From an uncultured Thermoplasmatales archaeon (GTDB lineage: Archaea > Thermoplasmatota > E2 > DHVEG-1): DNA of 55,593 nt. The notes beneath the pieces were generated by a model that saw only the letters and a list, made by a program, of their open reading frames with translations, made no database searches and had not been told where the DNA came from. Where the stretch lies: positions 842 to 56,434 of the forward strand of contig CAZTFR010000003.1 in the NCBI GenBank assembly GCA_964612945.1. The letters run 5' to 3'. Shown piece by piece: positions 49,229 through 55,593 of the stretch (position 1 is its first letter; every line of letters starts with the position of its first letter). A program made the translations under genes and the position numbers.

Positions 49229-50560
49229 ATGGCGGATCAATTCATATCTTTAAAGGCAGGTGTTCTTGTTGTTTTGTTTGTTGTTTCAACCATCTCTGTT
49301 GGAGCGGAATCGTTCCAAAGGGGACAAATCCCTCAGAATGCGTCGGTTTACTTGCAAGCACCCCTCTTGCTTCCACCACCGGAATCACTTGATATGCCTC
49401 TTGAGGAGACGATCTTTCGGCGGATGTCCGTTCGAGAATATACTGATGAGCCGATAACGGACCAGGACCTCTCCACCCTCCTCTATACAGCATATGGTCT
49501 TCGTGATGATGGCGCTCACATGGTTGCAGGCATCAATTTTACTAATGCTGGGGTGCTGTATGTGTTACTTGAGGATGCTGCCTATGTGTATAATTCAACG
49601 ATGCATAGCTTAGAATGGTATAAAGACGGAGATTATCGTGATCTTGTTGGATGGCAATATACTGGAGCACCTGTTGTACTTGGTCTCTGTTGGAATACCA
49701 CCCGTGCTACCGCAAACTTTGCCGGTGTTGAACTTGGTGAAATCGGGCAAAACATTGCCTTTGCCGCCAATGCTTTGAACTTAGGAACCGTTGTGACTGG
49801 TGAGGTACCCCCTGCAATTGATCGAATGGGTATTTCTGATGATCATGAGGGGATGATTGTGATGCCTATTGGTCATCCGTTGCATCCCTACAATTTTAAA
49901 AATAGACCACTATGGATTTCTCTGTTACCAAAAATCACTGTTTCGTCTCTCTCGCTTTCTCAGGCACTTGAACAACGTACAGAAGCCACTAGTTTTTCTG
50001 GGGATATCACTTGGGAGGAGATTAGCAGGTTACTTTGGTCGTCCTATGGTTTTTCACGTTATCTTGATCGAAGTAAGCAGGAGAAAAACCCGGTAATACG
50101 TCATCGAACTGTCCCTAGTGCTCATGGATACTACCCTCTGCATATTTTTGCGGTCACCTCATCAGGTATTTTGTTTTATGAGGCAAATCTGCTCAGCCGT
50201 CTCTTTCATTTGCAAGCAGATATCGTGGGTATCCCTGTTGTGTCCTATATGGTGAAAATCAAACGGGGAGACTTTCGTTCATCGCTTGCTGAGGCCTCGT
50301 CACTTCCTGCTCTTTCCGATGCACCGCTTATCATTGTTGTCGTCCTTGATTTAGAGCTGGCAAAGGATTTGTCAGGGGTGTGGGCGTATCCGTTTTGGTT
50401 TTATGAAGGGGGTGCAGCGGCTCATAACATCATGCTGGAAGCAACTGCACTTGAATTAACAAGCACTATCGCCTCGTTTACCGATGATGAAGCGGTCAGA
50501 TCCCTTTTTGGTGTAAATGAAAGCAAGGTTCCCTTGGTTGCAGTACCTGTTTCATGCTAA
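49229..50560 (+). CDS. SagB/ThcOx-type nitroreductase family protein, two tandem domains, N-terminal signal-like segment
   Basis: LE..I.RR.SVREY, E.G.IGQN...A..L.LG in domain 1; RTVPSA...YPL and EGG..AHN..L.ATAL.L in domain 2. Confidence 0.82.
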   Translation: MADQFISLKAGVLVVLFVVSTISVGAESFQRGQIPQNASVYLQAPLLLPPPESLDMPLEETIFRRMSVREYTDEPITDQDLSTLLYTAYGLRDDGAHMVAGINFTNAGVLYVLLEDAAYVYNSTMHSLEWYKDGDYRDLVGWQYTGAPVVLGLCWNTTRATANFAGVELGEIGQNIAFAANALNLGTVVTGEVPPAIDRMGISDDHEGMIVMPIGHPLHPYNFKNRPLWISLLPKITVSSLSLSQALEQRTEATSFSGDITWEEISRLLWSSYGFSRYLDRSKQEKNPVIRHRTVPSAHGYYPLHIFAVTSSGILFYEANLLSRLFHLQADIVGIPVVSYMVKIKRGDFRSSLAEASSLPALSDAPLIIVVVLDLELAKDLSGVWAYPFWFYEGGAAAHNIMLEATALELTSTIASFTDDEAVRSLFGVNESKVPLVAVPVSC

Positions 50561-50699
50561 ATCAGTTTCCCTCTTATTAACAGATGTTAAAAATGAAACA
50601 TTTTTTTGATGAAAAAGGTATGAAATAAAATGACAACATAAAACGTCCTTACACAATATTTATATTATAAAGCAGTATTCGTAATGGTGGAGGAACAAT

Positions 50700-51842
50700 A
50701 TGAAGAAGAATAGAATGCTTCAAAAGGCTGGAATACTCACTCTCTTATTACTTCTTTCTAGCAGTGGGTCAGTACCTTTACTTGCTGAATCTACAGACTA
50801 TATATCCGCCCCCTCTATAGCGCACCATCATACACATCCCAACTCTTTTGCAGGTTCCGTTTTGTATGTGGGGGGAAGTGGCCCAGATAACTACACCGCT
50901 ATTCAGGATGCCATTGATAATGCAACTGATGGAGATACCATCTTTGTCTTTAGTGGAATCTATCTTGAAAATCTCACCATCGACAAGCAATTAACGATTG
51001 TCGGTGAAGAGAAAAGTACAACCATCATTAAGGCAAATACGAGTTACGAAGTCGTGAGTGTACTTTCAGATTTTGTTACCATCCAAGGCTTTACCATTAC
51101 CCGCGAAAATGGTGGAAACTACTATCGAGGTATTCATGCAGAAGACAACTTTACCACTATACGAGATAACATCTTTTCTGAGGTCGGTATCGGTGTTTCC
51201 CTTGAGGAAACTAATGCTAATATTATTGAAAACAATAAGTTTATAGAAAGCGGCATTGAGATACCCACCTCCGATATCTTCGATAATACCGTCACAGGCA
51301 ATACGGTTAATGATCTTCCCCTACTTTACTTGGATTCGGTGACTGATGCCACCATTGATGCTCCGGCAGGTCAGATTATTTTACTGCGGTGTCAAAACAT
51401 TACTATCACCAATCAGGATATCACTGATACGGTCACTGCGATTCTTGCGCTTGATTCTGAAGATCTAGTAATCATCGATAATACTATTGAGAATAATTAC
51501 CGTAGAGCGGTTCATCTCGTTCGCACAGAAGATGTCGTCTTTTCAGATAACACTGTGAAAGGAAATCAGGATATGGGGCTGTATCTTACCCGTACGGTAA
51601 ATGTTGCTATCATTCACAATAATATTTATATGAACTATGGCGGCATGTTTTTTGAGTTCTGTGAACTCTGCGAGGTTACTGAAAATAATTTTGCAAACAA
51701 TGGGTTTTATGTGATTTCCATTTTTGGATCACTAAACACCTGGGATGCAAACTATTGGGATCGCCCACGGTTCTTCCCCAAGCTCATCTTTGAATTCCCA
51801 CGACTCAACATTGATCTGCATCCTGCAGATACCCCTTATTAA
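50700..51842 (+). CDS. Secreted right-handed beta-helix (NosD-like) protein
   Basis: Signal peptide, LYVGGSGPDNYTAIQDAIDNA.DGDTI.V.SG.Y.E, W..NYW...D.HPA C-terminus. Paralogue of 32203-33426. Confidence 0.85.
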   Translation: MKKNRMLQKAGILTLLLLLSSSGSVPLLAESTDYISAPSIAHHHTHPNSFAGSVLYVGGSGPDNYTAIQDAIDNATDGDTIFVFSGIYLENLTIDKQLTIVGEEKSTTIIKANTSYEVVSVLSDFVTIQGFTITRENGGNYYRGIHAEDNFTTIRDNIFSEVGIGVSLEETNANIIENNKFIESGIEIPTSDIFDNTVTGNTVNDLPLLYLDSVTDATIDAPAGQIILLRCQNITITNQDITDTVTAILALDSEDLVIIDNTIENNYRRAVHLVRTEDVVFSDNTVKGNQDMGLYLTRTVNVAIIHNNIYMNYGGMFFEFCELCEVTENNFANNGFYVISIFGSLNTWDANYWDRPRFFPKLIFEFPRLNIDLHPADTPY

Positions 51843-51931
51843 TTCTAATCATCTGCTTGATAAGGCTACGGAGAACTCAAACAAAGCTGTTGGTTCTCTT
51901 TTTTTTCTTTATTTTCACACGCTTACCATTT

Positions 51932-52255
51932 TCATGCTGCCTTTTCCAATTTTTGTTCTCTCATGTATAAAAACAGGGGAAATCCTAAGGATGCTCCCAC
52001 GAGTGCGGAGGCAACAAATGGAAGCCACAGATGTTTGATGTGTAGTTTGATTCCTTCTGAGAGGGCAAAGACGATAAAGACGGTGGCGGTGACAAATAAA
52101 TCAAGTGCAAAGAGTGTGCTTACTCTGTTTGCAAAGAGTAATTCTCCCATCGTTGCCCATGAAAACGAGGGATCAAGAATCAGGGGAAGTATTTGTGAGT
52201 ACGGAAGGATGGTTCCGATGATGCAGAGAAGTAGATAGATATATTTGATCTTCAT
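51932..52255 (-). CDS. DUF2834 family small membrane protein
   Basis: G.ILPY..., LFAN..S..F..D, VG.S.G.PLFLY.RE. Confidence 0.85.
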   Translation of the reverse strand: MKIKYIYLLLCIIGTILPYSQILPLILDPSFSWATMGELLFANRVSTLFALDLFVTATVFIVFALSEGIKLHIKHLWLPFVASALVGASLGFPLFLYMREQKLEKAA

Positions 52256-52428
52256 TTGTTCTGTTCACCTCTTTTAAAGAATGGAGGTCATCGGGTTTGT
52301 TCTTTATTTTATCTGTGTTTGTTTTTTTTTTTTTTTGATGACAAAATGGCCTATTCTTACTTTCACCATTATTTTGATAAATTTATTATTATAGTAACAT
52401 TTTTATCTTTATACTTGATTTCGAAGCA

Positions 52429-53610
52429 ATGATTGATCTTGATAGTCATCCTGTTTTGAAATATCCCTTGTTTGGCAGTTTATATTTCTCTCAAGGGATT
52501 ATTTATGCGCTTGGGGTGGTAATTCTTCCGGTGTATTTTGTTGAAAAAGGTATTTCTCTGCCCGTGACTACTGCCTTGATTGGAGTGGCATATGCGCCTT
52601 GGGTGGCAAAATTTATTTTTGGAGGGATTACTGATTATTTTTATCGCTATGGACGCAGAACATTTATCATTGTTGGTGGGGTGATCAGCGCGCTTGGGTT
52701 TTTTGTTGTCTCCTTTCTTGATCCTGCAGTTGCCTTGCTTCCCTTTGGAATTGTTGTGTTTGTTGCCTCTTCAGGGATTGTGTTTCTTGATGTGTCTGCG
52801 GATGCCTGGGCTATTGAAACCACGCAGGTTTTTGAACGGGGTAAAATCAATGCCGCGATGTTTGGTGGTTTGTTTCTTGGTATGGCTATTACAACCGCAG
52901 TGATTGGGCAGATCGCAGAGATAGTTTCCTATCCTGTTGCCCTGTTTGTTGCCGGGGGTATTGTTCTTGCAATCATTGTGTTTCCTCTGAGTATCAAAGA
53001 ATCCAGTGTAGTGAGAAGGCGACAGAAGATTAGAAAGCTCTTGGTCAAAGAATTTCGAAAACGACCCACGCAGTTGGTTGCGGCTCTGAGTGGGGTTTCT
53101 GCAATTAGTTTTGGAATCCTCAGTGTAGGCATTCCTTTATTTTTGAAAACAGTGTTTGACCTGGGGATTGGTCAGATTGGTCTTGTGATGACGATAGGTC
53201 CGCTCTCTACCGTATTTGGCAATGTCGCTGGTGGGTTTATTACTGATAAATGGGGTCGGCGAAATACGATGTCGGTTTTTTTTACATTCAATATCGTTTT
53301 TGCTGCTGCGTTGGTGTTTGCAGCGGATTGGATGCTGCTTTTTGTACTCTGGGGGGTGATTGGTTTTCTGCATGGCGGCCATTATGCGGTTTTAGGTGCA
53401 GTGATGATGGATGTTACCAATCCAAAAATTGGGGCGTCTCAGTATTCGCTTTTAGCAGGTTTTGCAAATTTTGGTGAGATGAGTGGGACGACTGTTACGG
53501 GTAGTTTGATTGCTACTCTTGGGTTTGCCCGGGTGTTTCTATATGCGGGGTGGCTGTATGGTCCGGCGTTGTTGATTTTGTATGTTCTGCGGTTGAAATC
53601 TGATGAGTAG
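52429..53610 (+). CDS. MFS transporter, AmpG-like
   Basis: LYFSQG, PW..KF..G...D..GRR, DVSADAWA, GG...DKWGRR, A.QYS.L...AN. Confidence 0.88.
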   Translation: MIDLDSHPVLKYPLFGSLYFSQGIIYALGVVILPVYFVEKGISLPVTTALIGVAYAPWVAKFIFGGITDYFYRYGRRTFIIVGGVISALGFFVVSFLDPAVALLPFGIVVFVASSGIVFLDVSADAWAIETTQVFERGKINAAMFGGLFLGMAITTAVIGQIAEIVSYPVALFVAGGIVLAIIVFPLSIKESSVVRRRQKIRKLLVKEFRKRPTQLVAALSGVSAISFGILSVGIPLFLKTVFDLGIGQIGLVMTIGPLSTVFGNVAGGFITDKWGRRNTMSVFFTFNIVFAAALVFAADWMLLFVLWGVIGFLHGGHYAVLGAVMMDVTNPKIGASQYSLLAGFANFGEMSGTTVTGSLIATLGFARVFLYAGWLYGPALLILYVLRLKSDE

Positions 53611-53622
53611 CTCTAAACTATG

Positions 53623-54675
53623 TCATTGGAGGAGTTGGTATTGCAGCTGTCCGTTTTTGATGATATCGGTGCTGCTACCATCGGTATGATGCAGGGTGAG
53701 TGTTTCTGCGGACACGGGTAGTCCTTTGGGGTAGCAGATGTCAATGTGCAGATCACTTTGTATTTTTCCACCGAGATGACTGCTTTGTCCGTAGGCGATA
53801 TGTAGTCCACCGACCTTTTCATCCTCAAGGGGGTTGCCGGTGACTACTGCGTTGGGGTTGCAGCCGATGCCCAGTTCTGCGATGTTGCGTCTACTGGTTT
53901 TTTCGGTGAAGAGCTGCCGCATTTCTTCTGCCTTTTTTCCGGTTCCCTCCACGTTTTGTATTGTGTTGTGTTTGATGATGAAGTGATAGGTTTCGCCTAT
54001 CTGGTGAACAGGCATAGTTCCATTGGTTTTACTTTCGCCGAATTGTGTTTTTTCATCACCGACTGCTTCGTAGGGTGTTTTGTAGGCCTCTCCGCTGGGA
54101 AAGTTGATGCCTTGTCCGGGTTTGATGCATTCACCGGTGTCTGCGTGTGCGGGACGATTTCGTAGATCAAGATGCAGGTGATTACCTGTTGAAAAGTGCA
54201 CGTCTGCACTGTCTGTTTTTTTCAACATTTTTTGTATCGCAAGCGCGTACTGTTTGACTTTTGTATAATCTGCTTGAAAGGCGGTCTGTTCCATGCGACG
54301 TTCCACAAGGGGCATGCTGGCTCCCCGGGAATGGCTGTTCTCTCCGCGGATAAGGGGTAGCATGGAGGATGATAGTGAATATTGGGTGAGTGCAAGGATG
54401 AGATCGTAGTGGGAAATCTGCTTTGTGATTTCTGCGGGTATGGGAGTATTATGCGTTCCGGTGGCCGGAAAGGTCAGCCAGTCGATGTGTAGGTTTTTTT
54501 CTTTTCCCATATGATGAAAGGTGTCATACCATTCTTTTGCCATGGTGCGACGGTCTTTCCATGTTTCTGTATCGGTGATGGCGTCATGAGGGGTGTCGAC
54601 TATGAAGAGAATTCGTTCGTTTGGTTTTGGTGCGAAAACATCCTGAAAAAGTTTCATTTTTTGTTCTTCGTTCAT
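53623..54675 (-). CDS. M29-like (aminopeptidase T / thermophilic metalloprotease) family protein
   Basis: ASMP, NFPSGE, RNIAELGIG.NP, EDEK, HIAYG, H.D metal-ligand motifs. Confidence 0.8.
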   Translation of the reverse strand: MNEEQKMKLFQDVFAPKPNERILFIVDTPHDAITDTETWKDRRTMAKEWYDTFHHMGKEKNLHIDWLTFPATGTHNTPIPAEITKQISHYDLILALTQYSLSSSMLPLIRGENSHSRGASMPLVERRMEQTAFQADYTKVKQYALAIQKMLKKTDSADVHFSTGNHLHLDLRNRPAHADTGECIKPGQGINFPSGEAYKTPYEAVGDEKTQFGESKTNGTMPVHQIGETYHFIIKHNTIQNVEGTGKKAEEMRQLFTEKTSRRNIAELGIGCNPNAVVTGNPLEDEKVGGLHIAYGQSSHLGGKIQSDLHIDICYPKGLPVSAETLTLHHTDGSSTDIIKNGQLQYQLLQ

Positions 54676-54782
54676 GTGTCTCCTCCCTGTTCTTTGTGTA
54701 TTGTATAGCTGTATAATATTAATAAGTATCTTCTATTTGTTCATAGAAATAGGATTTTGAAGCGTTTGTTGTGGGAACTTAC

Positions 54783-55592
54783 TTATCGTCTTCGAGCAAG
54801 CAGCGTGAAAAGGAAATAGAGAATCACAAAGACTACGACAATTCCAATGATAAAGGGGGTGAGATCGGTAAAATCTTCGTCCTCCTCAGTTTCTGCTTGG
54901 AGTGTTGCAGTGAGCGTTTTGGTGATGCTGCCTGCTATAGTGGGATCTGCTGCTTCGTAGTTGATGTTAAGGGTTATGGTCTCAGTAACAGGGTCGTCGG
55001 TGGCGTTGGTTGTAGAGATTTCGATGAGAAATTCTCCTTGTTCGTTGGGGTTGATTTCTTGAGCTGCTGGAAATATCACGGTAAAGTTGCTCTCTTTTTG
55101 TTGTGTACTATTTAGAGAGACTGTGAGAGCGGCGTTTGCTGCGTTGGTTACATTGACATAGATCGTTTGCGATGCGTCACTGGGGAGGGAAAGGGTGGTG
55201 TTGGAGAGATTTGCGGTGGGAACGCCGGTAAATCCAGGCGAGAGGGTGAAATTGATGGTTGCTTGGGATGCTCTGATGTTTCCATTTTCTTGCGCGTTTG
55301 CTTGCAGACTGATAGCTCCGTCGGTGAAGGCCGGAGTTGAGGCATCAGGGATCGATGCAGACAGCGTGGTGGTGACGTTATAGGTGGCTTGTTGAAGGAA
55401 TCCTAAAAGGGGTTGAAGCAGGCCTGAAAGGGGGATGGAAACATTTTCCGGTGAGAGGGTGACTGTGCACCATGATGGTTTGCTGGTGATGCTTAAATTC
55501 AGTTGAGTAGGTAGTCTGGATGGGCGAAGAAATTGTTCTGGTTGGGCAAAACGACCTACGGTATAGGTGATTGTAATCTCTGCCGTTGCGGT
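54783..55592 (-). CDS. Membrane-anchored surface protein (Ig-like domains, C-terminal TM + RRR); 5' end outside window
   Basis: Frame open from the window end (TATAEITITY...KPSWCTV...TPAFT.G.I...) into the 98-aa ORF. Thr/Asn-rich. Confidence 0.75.
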   Translation of the reverse strand, partial: TATAEITITYTVGRFAQPEQFLRPSRLPTQLNLSITSKPSWCTVTLSPENVSIPLSGLLQPLLGFLQQATYNVTTTLSASIPDASTPAFTDGAISLQANAQENGNIRASQATINFTLSPGFTGVPTANLSNTTLSLPSDASQTIYVNVTNAANAALTVSLNSTQQKESNFTVIFPAAQEINPNEQGEFLIEISTTNATDDPVTETITLNINYEAADPTIAGSITKTLTATLQAETEEDEDFTDLTPFIIGIVVVFVILYFLFTLLARRR

Positions 55593-55593
55593 T

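Noticed and set aside
49229-50560. RiPP (azole) biosynthetic cluster around the SagB-like gene
   Set aside because: No YcaO, E1-like protein or Cys/Ser/Thr-rich precursor in the window.

Overview
Archaeal chromosomal window, most likely Thermoplasmatota of the sediment MBG-D/Thermoprofundales type. This is inferred from archaeal Nop5, archaeal-type RNase P RNA, TATA promoters, oligo-T terminators, a PGF-CTERM anchor and the expanded secreted gingipain/PKD/NosD repertoire. The window is dominated by an extracellular protein-degradation and surface secretome: 3 C25 gingipain-like proteases, a C1, a C45, a zincin, an M29-like peptidase, 3 paralogous Asp-box proteins with a shared C-terminal domain, a 1544-aa FG-GAP/PKD protein, a DUF2341/LamG protein and 2 NosD beta-helix proteins. 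Interspersed are housekeeping genes (nop5, purF-like, mobB, GAPDH-like, aminotransferase, tRNA-Phe, rnpB). No CRISPR array, integrase, reverse transcriptase or intact transposase was seen. The most notable unannotated signals are: (i) a 132-bp four-hairpin IS200/IS605-type miniature element with a guide-sized 3' flank and U-tract (orphan omegaRNA/PATE candidate); (ii) several TATA-proximal structured leader RNAs, some with strand-informative G-U pairs; (iii) a 20/22-identical 22-bp motif upstream of two secreted-protein genes 33 kb apart; (iv) a decaying toxin-antitoxin island with a poly-C frameshift and a collapsed duplicate; (v) a TrkH with a deleted selectivity-filter segment; (vi) an att-like repeat after tRNA-Phe; (vii) a surface-anchored SOR-like metal-binding module. 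All calls are by eye, and no database search was run.
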